From contig JBAZFE010000001.1 in the NCBI GenBank assembly GCA_041653555.1, positions 1-41,894 of the forward strand: a stretch of 41,894 bases of DNA. Direction: 5' to 3'. The translations under genes and the position numbers were made by a program. Under the pieces are notes generated by a model. That model ran no database searches. It was not told where the DNA came from and saw only the letters and a program-made list of their open reading frames with translations. The DNA comes from Candidatus Omnitrophota bacterium (GTDB lineage: Bacteria; Omnitrophota; Gorgyraeia; Pluralincolimonadales; Pluralincolimonadaceae). Below, piece by piece: positions 28,405-37,940 of this stretch (position 1 is its first letter; every line of letters begins with the position of its first letter).

Positions 28405-29471
28405 ATTATGATATCCGCCAGTCTTCTTGCCGCGTCGGGGACAGCGAACCTGCGCGCCGCATCCGACATGGCACTTAATTTTACCCTGTCGTTTTTCAGC
28501 CCGAATATCCTCTCCTTAAGCATCTGCGGCGTGAGGCCGGCCTCGTCCATGACAATGGCGCCTCCCGCGGCTTCGAGCGCCCATGCGTTTTTGTACTGGT
28601 GCCCTCCGGCGAACCTGTAAGGTATCATGACGGAAGGGATCCCAAGCGCGGCTATCTCGAATAACGCGGTCGCGCCCGCGCGTGATATGATGAGATCGGC
28701 CACAGCGTACACGGGGCCGATCTCATCTACAAAATCGCATACACAGCCGCTTATCCCGCTTCCCTCGTATTTTTTTTGGACATCGTTATAGTTCTTCATG
28801 CCCGCTATATGGATAATGTTAAGCTGCGCCCTCTCTTCCGCGCCCAGCAGGCCGAGCATATCGCCGACAACCGTGTTTATTGCCTGCGAGCCCTGGCTGC
28901 CGCCGAGGATAAGGACCGTAAACTTACCCGGAACGAGCTTATAATATTTTTGGGCTTCCTCCCTGCCCGCGGAAAGCAGTTTGCTGCGTATCGGGTTGCC
29001 CGTAAAGACGGCTTTCCTGCCGAAGGCCTTCTGAGTCTCCGCAAAACTCACGGCGACATTTTTCGCAAATGCCGCGAGCATCCTGTTCGCAAGCCCCGCT
29101 TCACAATTCTGCTCATGCAGGAAGAGCTTCTTGCCCCCCAGCGCTCCGAGGACGCATATGGGGTACGACGCATACCCTCCGAAGCCGACTATAATGTCCG
29201 GCTTATATTCCGACAGCAGCCTGGCCGAACCGGCCGACGCCGACATGAACCTGCCGAGGAACTTCAGGAATCCGAGCGGATCGCGGGATATCTTCGCTAC
29301 GGGCAGGAGCCTGTAAGGCAGGCCGAACGACCCGAATAATTTCTTCTCAAGCGGGTGGTCCGTCCCGGCCAGCAGTACGTCCTTAACGCCGCGCGCGTTA
29401 AGTTCCTGCGCAAGGCTCAGGCCGGGGAATATATGCCCGCCGGTACCGCCGCATGCTATAAGTATCTTCAA
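28401..29471 (-). CDS. murG: Lipid I N-acetylglucosamine transferase MurG
   Basis: 356-aa ORF with MKILIACGGTGGHIFP at the N-terminus and the SRAGATALFEIAALGIPSVMIP block. Confidence 0.94.
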   Translation of the reverse strand: MKILIACGGTGGHIFPGLSLAQELNARGVKDVLLAGTDHPLEKKLFGSFGLPYRLLPVAKISRDPLGFLKFLGRFMSASAGSARLLSEYKPDIIVGFGGYASYPICVLGALGGKKLFLHEQNCEAGLANRMLAAFAKNVAVSFAETQKAFGRKAVFTGNPIRSKLLSAGREEAQKYYKLVPGKFTVLILGGSQGSQAINTVVGDMLGLLGAEERAQLNIIHIAGMKNYNDVQKKYEGSGISGCVCDFVDEIGPVYAVADLIISRAGATALFEIAALGIPSVMIPYRFAGGHQYKNAWALEAAGGAIVMDEAGLTPQMLKERIFGLKNDRVKLSAMSDAARRFAVPDAARRLADIII

Positions 29472-30578
29472 TTATTGTTCCTTCTCGTAAGGCGTTTCGC
29501 TGTACTTCGCGATATTCAGCAGCAGCGCGACGCCGATCATGTCGAAGACGAGCGATGAGCCGCCGTAGCTTATGAACGGGAGCGGCAATCCCTTCGTGGG
29601 CATCGAGCCGGTCGCCACCGCTATGTTGATTATCGCCTCCAGCGCTATCATGGATACGATGCCGAGCGCCGCAAGGTGCCCGAAGAGGTCCCTGGCCCTC
29701 AACGCTATCCTGAACCCTATCCAGATGAACAGTATGAACAGTATTATGACCGCGCCCGCGCCGATCAGGCCGAGTTCCTCGCCTATTATGGAAAATATGA
29801 AATCCGTGTGGCATCCGGGCAGGTAAAGCAGCTTCTGCCTGGATTGCCCGAGCCCGACGCCGAGGATCCCGCCGGAGCCCAACGCTATATACGACTGGAT
29901 TATCTGGAAGCCCACCCCCTGCGGGTCCTTCCACGGGTCGATGAAGGCCAGGATCCTGCGCATCCTGTATGCCTTATGCAGTATAAGGACCAGCAGCACC
30001 GGGACCGAGCCGACGATCATCGGGACGAGATGCCCGAGCTTCATTCCCGCGACGAAGAGCATCATGACCGCAACGATGCTTATCGCGACCGCCGTCCCGA
30101 GGTCCGGTTCCAGCAGTATGAGGCCGACGCTCACGCCGAGTATTATCATCGGAGGCATGAACCCTTCCCAGAAACTGCGGATATCGCCCTGTTTCCTCGA
30201 CAGGAAGTCCGCGAAATAGAGTATCATCACGAGCTTCGCGACCTGCGACGGCTGGAAACTCAGGAACGAGAACCTGAACCACCTGCGCGCGCCGGCTATC
30301 TCGCGGCTTATTCCGGGTATCAGCACCAGTATCAGCAGCAGGAACGTCGCAATCAGCACCGGCTTGACGTATTTCTTCAGCGCGTTGTAATCCGCGGACA
30401 TTACCATCAGTGAGGCTATGATGCCGAGGAACAGGTAGAGCAGTTGGCGCTTCAAATAATACGCGCTGTCCTTAAGGAACTCATGCGCGTTGATCGCGCT
30501 GGCGCTGTAGACCATGACGACCCCTATCGCCAGGAGTATCACGGTGACCATGAACAGCTGCGTCCTGAGCTTTCTCAC
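29472..30578 (-). CDS. ftsW: SEDS peptidoglycan glycosyltransferase FtsW
   Basis: The ORF-track start (TTG at 30692) would overlap murD by 118 nt. A GTG at 30578-30576 overlaps the murD TGA (GTGA) and immediately precedes the first TM helix (LRTQLFMVTVILLAIGVVMVYSAS). SEDS motifs PSQVAKL, EPDLGTA and HTDFIFS are present, in a murD-ftsW-murG context. Confidence 0.9.
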   Translation of the reverse strand: MRKLRTQLFMVTVILLAIGVVMVYSASAINAHEFLKDSAYYLKRQLLYLFLGIIASLMVMSADYNALKKYVKPVLIATFLLLILVLIPGISREIAGARRWFRFSFLSFQPSQVAKLVMILYFADFLSRKQGDIRSFWEGFMPPMIILGVSVGLILLEPDLGTAVAISIVAVMMLFVAGMKLGHLVPMIVGSVPVLLVLILHKAYRMRRILAFIDPWKDPQGVGFQIIQSYIALGSGGILGVGLGQSRQKLLYLPGCHTDFIFSIIGEELGLIGAGAVIILFILFIWIGFRIALRARDLFGHLAALGIVSMIALEAIINIAVATGSMPTKGLPLPFISYGGSSLVFDMIGVALLLNIAKYSETPYEKEQ

Positions 30579-31891
30579 TTCCCTGCCGCCCTCCCGCCTA
30601 TGGAACGGACTATCCTCTTGAACACTCTGCCCCTCTGCTCGAAATTCCTGAACATATCGAAGCTCGCGCACATCGGCGACAGGAGCACGCAATCGCCCTT
30701 CGCGGCTCCGGCGAACGCTTTCTTTACGGCATCATCCATGGTGCCGGCGAATATACAAGGCGCAACGCCGGAGAGATGGTCCCTGATCTTCTCCTTCGCC
30801 TCGCCGATAAGGACGAGCCTCTTTACCTTCGAGCCGACAGCTTCCCTCGCTTTCCTGAAATCGCTGCCCTTGTCGTGGCCGCCGGCAATGAGTATCACCG
30901 GCTTCACGCACGATTCCAGCGCCATTATTGTCGCGAGGACCGTCGTCCCCTTCGAGTCATTTATGAACTCCACGCCGCGGATATCCGAAACATGCTCGAA
31001 CCGGTGTTCGAGCCCTTTAAAACCCTTAAGCGCCTGCCCGGCCTTTTCCGGCTTTATGCCGAATATCGAGGCTACCTGCAGGCTGGCGAGGATATTCTCG
31101 ATATTATGCGCCCCTTTTATCCCGAGTTCCTCTTCGCCGCAGGGCATCTGCGGCGTCTTTTTTCTGCGCGAGAAGAAGAGCACGCGGGCCTTCGTCTTCG
31201 TCCTGAGCTTATTTACGAGCGGATCATCATTGTTCAAAACGGCCCAGTCCCTTCCATCCTGGTTCTCGAATATGCGCGCCTTCGCTTTCATGTAAGCGGC
31301 CAGGCCGGGATGCCTGTCAAAATGGTTCTGGGAGATATTCAGCATCACCGCCACATGGGGCCGGAACGATCTTATGCTCTCAAGCTGGAAAGAACTCACC
31401 TCAAGGACCACTATCGAGTCCTTGCGCATTCTTGCGATCTCGCCGCAGAACGGGTTGCCGATATTCCCGCATACTACCGCGTGCTTCCCGCCCTTTTTCA
31501 ATATCTCCCCGATCAGCGTCGTCGTGGTGGATTTCCCGTTAGTCCCCGTGACGGCAACTATCGGCGCGGGGCAGCACAGGTAACCGAGCTCTATCTCGCC
31601 TATGACCGGGACCTTGAACCTGCCGGCCCATTGCAATACCGGCGAATCATCCGGCACTCCCGGGCTTATCACGACCAGGTCCTTGCCCTCTATGAATGAC
31701 GGGCTGTGCTTTCCGAGCTCTACCGTTATCCCTCTTTTCTTGAGAAGCCTGCCGTGTTTTGTGAGGGCCGCGGATCTTCCGGAGTCGGTCGCCCATACGC
31801 GGGCGCCGCGCCGCTTGAGCAGCAATGCCGCGGCCATCCCGCTTTTCGCGAGGCCGGCCACAGTGACTTTTTTCCCTTTGAGTTCGATCAT
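30575..31891 (-). CDS. murD: UDP-N-acetylmuramoylalanine--D-glutamate ligase
   Basis: The 556-aa ORF-track ORF has a 118-aa Arg/Gly-rich extension lying entirely inside mraY. The ATG at 31891 overlaps the mraY stop (ATGA) and yields 438 aa starting MIELKGKKVTVAGLAKSGMAAA, with GTNGKSTTTTL (Mur ligase P-loop). Confidence 0.92.
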   Translation of the reverse strand: MIELKGKKVTVAGLAKSGMAAALLLKRRGARVWATDSGRSAALTKHGRLLKKRGITVELGKHSPSFIEGKDLVVISPGVPDDSPVLQWAGRFKVPVIGEIELGYLCCPAPIVAVTGTNGKSTTTTLIGEILKKGGKHAVVCGNIGNPFCGEIARMRKDSIVVLEVSSFQLESIRSFRPHVAVMLNISQNHFDRHPGLAAYMKAKARIFENQDGRDWAVLNNDDPLVNKLRTKTKARVLFFSRRKKTPQMPCGEEELGIKGAHNIENILASLQVASIFGIKPEKAGQALKGFKGLEHRFEHVSDIRGVEFINDSKGTTVLATIMALESCVKPVILIAGGHDKGSDFRKAREAVGSKVKRLVLIGEAKEKIRDHLSGVAPCIFAGTMDDAVKKAFAGAAKGDCVLLSPMCASFDMFRNFEQRGRVFKRIVRSIGGRAAGK

Positions 31892-32979
31892 CTTAGTTTT
31901 AGAGTCGATAGGCTTATCAATGCCAGTATTATCCCTATTATCCAGAACCTGATGACGACCTTGGTCTCGGACCATCCCTTCATCTGGAAATGGTGGTGGA
32001 TCGGCGCCATCAGGAATATCCTCTTCTTGAACAACTTGAAAGACGCCACCTGCAGTATGACCGACAGCGCCTCCATCACGAATATCCCGCCCACTATGAG
32101 CAGCAGCAGCTCCTTTTTCGTAAAGGTCGCGACGACGCCTATCGCCCCGCCCAATGCCAACGAACCGGTATCGCCCATGAAGACGTTCGCGGGAAACGAA
32201 TTGAACCATAAAAACCCCAACCCCGCGCCCAGCATGGCCGCGCAAAACACTGCGAGCTCGCCCACGCCCGGGATATGGATGATATTAAGGTACTCGGCCA
32301 TCTTCGCGTTGCCGGTTATGTAACTCAGCGCGGTATAGGTCAGCACGACGATTATCGTGCTGCCGATAGCAAGGCCGTCAAGCCCGTCGGTAAGGTTGAC
32401 CGCGTTGGACGAGCCGACTATCACGATCATCGTGAACAGCACGTAAAAGACCCCGAGGTTTATGACCAGGTCCTTCAGGAACGGCACGTCGAGGTCCTTG
32501 CCTATCTGCGGGTCGAAATATACGTAGAGCCCGAGCATCAGGCCGAGCATGATCTGCCCGATGAACTTCGACCTCGCGGTCAGCCCCGTTGATTTCTTCA
32601 GCTTCATCTTCAGGTAATCGTCAAGGAACCCGACCGCGCAGAGCCATATTATCGAGACCAGCGAAAGCAGGACATATTTGTTGTTCAGGTCGCCCCATAA
32701 TAGCGTGGAGAGGACGATCGCCGTGACTATAAGGAGCCCTCCCATGGTCGGCGTGCCCGCCTTGTTCTTGTGCATCTCGTATATGCCCTTCGCGTCATCC
32801 GCGGTCCTGACGACCTGGCCGATCTTAAGCTCGCGCAGTTTTTTTATGATGAACGGCCCCAGTATCATGCATAGGAGGAACGACGTGACCGCCGCGCCCG
32901 CGGCGCGGAAACTGATGTATTTGAAGACATTGAACCCGAAAAATACGTCCCTTAACGGATAGAGCAGGTGATAAAACAC
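31888..32979 (-). CDS. mraY: Phospho-N-acetylmuramoyl-pentapeptide transferase
   Basis: 363-aa polytopic ORF with GTPTMGG, NAVNLTDGLDGLA and FMGDTGSLALGG motifs. Confidence 0.95.
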   Translation of the reverse strand: MFYHLLYPLRDVFFGFNVFKYISFRAAGAAVTSFLLCMILGPFIIKKLRELKIGQVVRTADDAKGIYEMHKNKAGTPTMGGLLIVTAIVLSTLLWGDLNNKYVLLSLVSIIWLCAVGFLDDYLKMKLKKSTGLTARSKFIGQIMLGLMLGLYVYFDPQIGKDLDVPFLKDLVINLGVFYVLFTMIVIVGSSNAVNLTDGLDGLAIGSTIIVVLTYTALSYITGNAKMAEYLNIIHIPGVGELAVFCAAMLGAGLGFLWFNSFPANVFMGDTGSLALGGAIGVVATFTKKELLLLIVGGIFVMEALSVILQVASFKLFKKRIFLMAPIHHHFQMKGWSETKVVIRFWIIGIILALISLSTLKLR

Positions 32980-34346
32980 TTTTTGATCTCCTCCATCTTC
33001 ATGCCGCGCGAACCTTTCACGAGAACCAGATCCCCTTCCTGTAATATGCCTTTCAAGGCCTTTGCGGCCTCTACGGAATTATCAAAACGGAGGAGGGTTT
33101 CACCGCCGATTCCCTCCTCCCGAGCGCCCTCCAGGATATACCCGGAGAGCGAGCCCACACTCACTAATACGTCCACGCCCGCCATCGCCGCTATGCGGCC
33201 GACCTTGCGGTGCATATCCGGGGCCCCGGCTCCGAGCTCGAGCATGTCTCCGGCTACGAGCACCTTTCTCTTGCCCTGGCCCATATTGCATAGGGTCTCT
33301 ATCGCGCTGCCCATCGAAAGCGGATTTGAATTATAGCAGTCGAAGATGAAGTCTATTCCGCCGCACGAGGCGAATTCCATCCTGAGCTTCGGCAGCTCAA
33401 AATCCTCGAGCGCCTGAACGGCATCGGCCGTCTCGACGCCGTAGAGCGAACCCGCGGCGATCGCCGCGAGGGCATTATATATATTATGGCGCCCCAGTAC
33501 CTTAAGCTTTACCGGGTGCACGCCGTTCATGACGAAACTGATCCCGCGTACGGAATCTTGTATATTATCCGCAAAATAATCGCACTCCTTGCCGAACCCG
33601 AAGCTCACGACCTCATCGCATATCTTCCGGGCCGAATCGACAAGTTTAGGGTCGTTGCCGTTGACCACCGCGGAGCCGTCCTCCCCTATCCTCTTTAGGA
33701 GGTCGAGTTTTTCCGTCCTGACATTGTCGACCGTCCCGAAAAACTCGAGGTGCGAGGGGCCCGCGTTTATCACCATGCCGCAGTTCGGCTGGACTATATC
33801 GGCAAGATACGCTATCTCGCCCGGATGGTTGGTGCCCATTTCGATCACGGCGATCTCGTGGCCCTCGTCCATCCTGAGCAGGGTCTGCGGCACGCCCACG
33901 AAATTATTCTCCGTGCCTTCGTTCTTCAATACTTTGTATTTCGCCGACAGGATGCGCGAGAGCATCTCCTTTGTAGTCGTCTTCCCGTTGGAGCCGGTCA
34001 GGGCGATAACGGGAATATCGAACCGGCGGCGGTGATAGCCCGCGATCTTCCCGAATGCCTTGAGCGTATCGTCCACTTTTATGACCGGGATACCCTGCGG
34101 CGGCACATCCCGGCAGACGACCGCGCCCTTGGCGCCCTGTTTGGCGGCGCCGGCGATGAAATCATGTCCGTCGAAGTTGGCGCCCTTCAGCGCCACAAAG
34201 AGCGATCCCGCGGGTATCTTCCTCGTGTCGGTAGATACGCAGGTAAATACGGCCGACGCGTCACCGGCCGACAAGGTCCCCGCAGTGGCATCCAATATGT
34301 CCTTAACGTTAAGCAAGTATCTTCCTCGCGACTTCCCTGTCGTCAA
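32952..34346 (-). CDS. murF: UDP-N-acetylmuramoyl-tripeptide--D-alanyl-D-alanine ligase
   Basis: 464-aa ORF with VSTDTRKIPAGSLFVALKGANFDGHDF and TGSNGKTTTKEM. A TTG at 34316, preceded by GAGGAAG, is a likely alternative start that shortens the overlap with murE. Confidence 0.92.
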   Translation of the reverse strand: MTTGKSRGRYLLNVKDILDATAGTLSAGDASAVFTCVSTDTRKIPAGSLFVALKGANFDGHDFIAGAAKQGAKGAVVCRDVPPQGIPVIKVDDTLKAFGKIAGYHRRRFDIPVIALTGSNGKTTTKEMLSRILSAKYKVLKNEGTENNFVGVPQTLLRMDEGHEIAVIEMGTNHPGEIAYLADIVQPNCGMVINAGPSHLEFFGTVDNVRTEKLDLLKRIGEDGSAVVNGNDPKLVDSARKICDEVVSFGFGKECDYFADNIQDSVRGISFVMNGVHPVKLKVLGRHNIYNALAAIAAGSLYGVETADAVQALEDFELPKLRMEFASCGGIDFIFDCYNSNPLSMGSAIETLCNMGQGKRKVLVAGDMLELGAGAPDMHRKVGRIAAMAGVDVLVSVGSLSGYILEGAREEGIGGETLLRFDNSVEAAKALKGILQEGDLVLVKGSRGMKMEEIKKCFITCSIR

Positions 34347-35760
34347 AAGATATCGTCGTGTTCTTGAGCACCTGGTAGGCCTCGTGCCCTTTCCCGGCTA
34401 TAAGCACGCAGTCGCCCTCCCCGGCGCCGGATAACGCTTCCTTTATCGCCTGCGCCCTGTCCAGTATGACCTTGTAATTTTTGCCCTTCATGCCTTCCTC
34501 TATCATCGCGGCGATCGCCTCCGGCTCCTCGCTGCGGGGATTATCGGAGGTCACATATACGAAATCCGCCATTTCGCTTGCCACCTTTCCCATGCGCGGC
34601 CGCTTGGTCCTGTCCCTGTCGCCTCCGCAGCCGAAGACGACTATGACCTTATTCTTTATCAGGGGCTTCAGCGCGGACAGGACGTTGCTGAGCGCGTCAT
34701 CAGTATGCGCGTAATCGACGAAGACCTTGAACGGCTGCCCGCACTCCACCGGCTCGAGCCTGCCCGGTACCGCGCGCAGTTTTTCTATCCCCCGCTTTAC
34801 CTCTTCCGGAAAGAATCCCAGGCTTATCCCGCAGGCAGCCGCGGAGACCATGTTATAGACGTTATGCATGCCTATCAGCGCGGACTCGATCGCGAACTTG
34901 CCTCCGGGGTAATTGACCGTGAACCTTGTGCCGTCAAGCGAGAGCCCTATATCCGTCGCGAGGAAATCGGCCACGAGTTTAGTCCCGTATGTCACGACCC
35001 GTCCCCCCGATATCCTTATGAGCTTCCGGCCCCACTCGTCGTCGATATTGATCACCGCATGGGCCGAATCATTTAAATTCGAAAACAGGCGGGATTTGGC
35101 CCTAAAATATTCCTCCATCGTCTTATGGTAATCAAGGTGGTCCCCGGTAAGGTTCGTAAAGATGGCGGCGCCGAAGGAGATACCGCCGGTCCTGTTCTGG
35201 TCGAGCGCATGCGAGGAGACCTCCATGACAAGGTGGTCGCTCCCGCCCTTTACCATCTCGCTCATGAAACCGTAAAGGTGTACAGGGCCCGGGGTAGTAT
35301 TCGTCGCGGGTATGACCCTGCCGCCTATCCTGTAGCTTATCGTGCCGATGATGCCCGCCTTATGGCCCGCGGCCGATATTATGCTGTCCATCAGGTAAGA
35401 TATGGTCGTCTTGCCGTTCGTCCCGGTTATGCCGATGCACGTCAGCCCGCTCATCGGCCTTCCGAAGAATTCGTTCGCGATCCTCGGCACCGCTTCCCTC
35501 GAGCTCCTGACGTATATCCTCGCGACATGGTCCGGTACGACCACATCCTTCTCCATCACGACGGCGACGGCCCCCTTGTCGACAGCCTCGTTGATATATT
35601 TGTGGCCGTCGGACGAGGCCCCGGGAACGGCAACGAACAGGTAACCGTCCGCCGTGTTCTTCGAATCGCAGGATATGCCCCTGATCTCGATATCCTCCCC
35701 CGCAGGGAAGACCGAGGTATCCTTGTATTCTATCCCCTTCAGGACATCTTTAAGCTTCAT
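34309..35760 (-). CDS. murE: UDP-N-acetylmuramoyl-L-alanyl-D-glutamate--2,6-diaminopimelate ligase
   Basis: 483-aa ORF with GITGTNGKTT and the DNPRSE motif near the C-terminus. Confidence 0.93.
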   Translation of the reverse strand: MKLKDVLKGIEYKDTSVFPAGEDIEIRGISCDSKNTADGYLFVAVPGASSDGHKYINEAVDKGAVAVVMEKDVVVPDHVARIYVRSSREAVPRIANEFFGRPMSGLTCIGITGTNGKTTISYLMDSIISAAGHKAGIIGTISYRIGGRVIPATNTTPGPVHLYGFMSEMVKGGSDHLVMEVSSHALDQNRTGGISFGAAIFTNLTGDHLDYHKTMEEYFRAKSRLFSNLNDSAHAVINIDDEWGRKLIRISGGRVVTYGTKLVADFLATDIGLSLDGTRFTVNYPGGKFAIESALIGMHNVYNMVSAAACGISLGFFPEEVKRGIEKLRAVPGRLEPVECGQPFKVFVDYAHTDDALSNVLSALKPLIKNKVIVVFGCGGDRDRTKRPRMGKVASEMADFVYVTSDNPRSEEPEAIAAMIEEGMKGKNYKVILDRAQAIKEALSGAGEGDCVLIAGKGHEAYQVLKNTTISFDDREVARKILA

Positions 35761-37488
35761 CTAATCTTCGACCGTATCAAGTTCGACTTCCCTCCTGGCC
35801 GCTTCCGCGCGGCTGGGCCTTATATCCATATACCTTAACGTATCCCTGACGACCCTGCTGAATACCGGGGCCGCGACGACACCGCCGTAATACAGCGGGT
35901 GCGGCTGGTCGAGCATAACGACCACGACCACCCTCGGGTTCTTGACCGGCGCGAAACCCACGAACGACCCGATGAACTTCGAATGGGAATAGGTGCCGTT
36001 CTCTATCTTCTGGGACGTGCCCGTCTTGCCGCCAACGTCATATCCCTCTACCCTCGCGAGCTGGCCCGTACCATCCTCGACGACTCCGCTTAATATGTCC
36101 CTCATCGTGGCCGATGTGCCCTCAGACAATACCTGCCTCGACACCGTTACCGGGTATTCCTTGATCAGCTCGCCGTGCCTGTCCTGTATGTATTGTATCA
36201 CCCTCGGCTTCATAAGCTTGCCGCCATTTGCAATGACCGACATCGCGCAGGCCATCTGCAGCGGAGAGACGGCGACCTCCTGCCCCATCGGTATCGCGTA
36301 TATAGATGTCCCCGACCATTTCGACGGGGGCCGTATGAATCCCGGGATCTCGCCGGGGAGCTCTATCCCGGTGATCTCGCCGAACCCGAATTTCTTTATA
36401 TATTCGTATAGGTTATCCGCTCCGAGCTTGATCCCGACCTTCACGGTCCCGATGTTCGATGACTTCTCTATGACCTGCCTGAACGTCAGCCACCCGTGCG
36501 GCTTGTGGTCGTGCAGGACCTTTCCTCCCGCGTGTTTCCAGGCGCCGTTCTCGCAATAGAAACGGTCCTTAAGCCCTACTATCTTCTCCTCAAGCGCGGC
36601 GGATGCCGTCACTATCTTGAAAATGGACCCGGGCTCATACATGTCGGTCACGGCGCGGTTGCGCTTCTTCTCCGCATTGACCGTCCGGAAATTATTCAGG
36701 TCGAACGTCGGCCTGCTCGACATAGCGAGGATATCGCCGGTCTTGGGCTCCATCACTATTATGCACGCGCCTATCGGATGGTACTTCTCGACCGCCCAAT
36801 CAAGCTCGCGCTCGGCGATATGCTGGATAACGTCATCGATCGTCAACACGAGGTCAAGGCCGTCTATGGAGGGATAATACTCATACTCGAACGAAGCGAT
36901 GGGCCGCCTGCGGGCGTCCCTGAGCATCGCCCTGAATCCGGGGGAACCCTTAAGGTATTCGTCGTATTTAAGTTCAAGGCCTTCGAGGCCCCTGTCGTCC
37001 GTTCCCGCGTATCCGACTATCTGGCTCGCGAGCGAATTGTTCGGGTAGACCCTCTTCGGCTCCTTTATAAATTCCACGCCCTTAATCTTTAAGGCCTTGA
37101 CCTTCTCGGATTCGGCCGGGCTGATCTTCCTCTTGAGCCAGATGAAACCTTTGTCCCTGCATACGCGGTCATATACGAACTGTTCGCTCAAGCCCATGGC
37201 CGCGGCAAGCTTCTTTGACGCGCCTCTCTTGTCCTTTATCTCCCTCGGATTCGCGAATACGGAATCGAGGTTCAGCGAGACAGCGAGCGGGCTGAAATTC
37301 CTGTCGTAGACGGTGCCGCGTTTCGGCTGGAGTTCGATCACCGCCGTGTGCTGTTTCTTGGCGAGGAGCGCGAGGTTATATGCTTTGGCGACCTGGATGT
37401 AGATGACGCGGATAAGAAGGAGGCTTAATAAAATAATGAATAAAGAAAATACAACATTCAGGCGTGTCTTGTGGGCTCTAGTGTACAC
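35761..37488 (-). CDS. ftsI: Division-specific class B penicillin-binding protein (FtsI/PBP3)
   Basis: 575-aa ORF starting at GTG, with an N-terminal TM helix. Motifs: SIFK in EPGSIFKI, SSN in KSSNIGT, KTGT in GGKTGTSQ. Positioned between ftsL and murE. Confidence 0.92.
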   Translation of the reverse strand: MYTRAHKTRLNVVFSLFIILLSLLLIRVIYIQVAKAYNLALLAKKQHTAVIELQPKRGTVYDRNFSPLAVSLNLDSVFANPREIKDKRGASKKLAAAMGLSEQFVYDRVCRDKGFIWLKRKISPAESEKVKALKIKGVEFIKEPKRVYPNNSLASQIVGYAGTDDRGLEGLELKYDEYLKGSPGFRAMLRDARRRPIASFEYEYYPSIDGLDLVLTIDDVIQHIAERELDWAVEKYHPIGACIIVMEPKTGDILAMSSRPTFDLNNFRTVNAEKKRNRAVTDMYEPGSIFKIVTASAALEEKIVGLKDRFYCENGAWKHAGGKVLHDHKPHGWLTFRQVIEKSSNIGTVKVGIKLGADNLYEYIKKFGFGEITGIELPGEIPGFIRPPSKWSGTSIYAIPMGQEVAVSPLQMACAMSVIANGGKLMKPRVIQYIQDRHGELIKEYPVTVSRQVLSEGTSATMRDILSGVVEDGTGQLARVEGYDVGGKTGTSQKIENGTYSHSKFIGSFVGFAPVKNPRVVVVVMLDQPHPLYYGGVVAAPVFSRVVRDTLRYMDIRPSRAEAARREVELDTVED

Positions 37489-37544
37489 GTATAAACAACC
37501 CTTGTTTTCGGCGGAAAACTTTTAGGGTATATAGATAATTACGA

Positions 37545-37940
37545 TTATTTTAAAGGTTTAGCCTGCGCTTCGGGTCCCAGCGCGAACAGGCTCGCCACGC
37601 TCTGGCGGACCCTTCCGAAGAACCCTGTCGTGCCGATATTTCCAACGCCATAACCCTCGGCACGGTAATCCTGCGATGATGATAACAGTATAAGGCGTTC
37701 CTTTGAGGGGACCTCCATCTTGATATTCTTTGCAAGGAGTGTCTTTTCCAGGTGCGCCGGAGATTCCAGCTGCCTTACATTATATAGCAGAATCTTGCTG
37801 CGGTCAAGGAGCTCCGAATAGGCCTGCTCCTTGGCCTTTATGTCGTAACTTAGCCGTATCAGCGACGTCTGCTGCGTGACATACACGAGCGCGACCGCCG
37901 TGACCGATGCCGTCATAATAAGGAACTTGTATACCCTCAT
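37545..37940 (-). CDS. ftsL: FtsL-like cell division protein
   Basis: 131-aa ORF with a single N-terminal TM helix (FLIMTASVTAVALVYV) followed by a short coiled coil (IRLSYDIKAKEQAYSELLDRSKILLYNV). It occupies the canonical slot between rsmH and ftsI, with an ATGA overlap with rsmH. Confidence 0.75.
   Translation of the reverse strand: MRVYKFLIMTASVTAVALVYVTQQTSLIRLSYDIKAKEQAYSELLDRSKILLYNVRQLESPAHLEKTLLAKNIKMEVPSKERLILLSSSQDYRAEGYGVGNIGTTGFFGRVRQSVASLFALGPEAQAKPLK

Noticed and set aside
30579-30692. A 38-aa N-terminal extension of the ftsW ORF (TTG start at 30692).
   Set aside because: It overlaps the 3' end of murD. The GTG at 30578 forms a GTGA stop-start junction and sits just before the first TM helix. 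The extension is charged, non-FtsW-like sequence.
31892-32245. A 118-aa N-terminal extension of the murD ORF as listed in the ORF track (556 aa).
   Set aside because: The extension lies entirely inside mraY in another frame and is Arg/Gly-rich with no resemblance to Mur ligases. The ATG at 31891 overlaps the mraY stop and gives a normal 438-aa MurD beginning at the Rossmann motif.
37501-37529. A small hairpin (CCCU..GUUUUC-CGCC-GAAAAC..AGGG on the minus strand) in the 56-nt ftsL-ftsI gap, considered as an internal terminator or attenuator.
   Set aside because: The stem is short and AU-rich, and the following tract (UUGUUUAUAC) is a poor U-run. It sits right before the ftsI ribosome-binding site, so it is more likely an incidental or translational-level structure. 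It is not strong enough to call.
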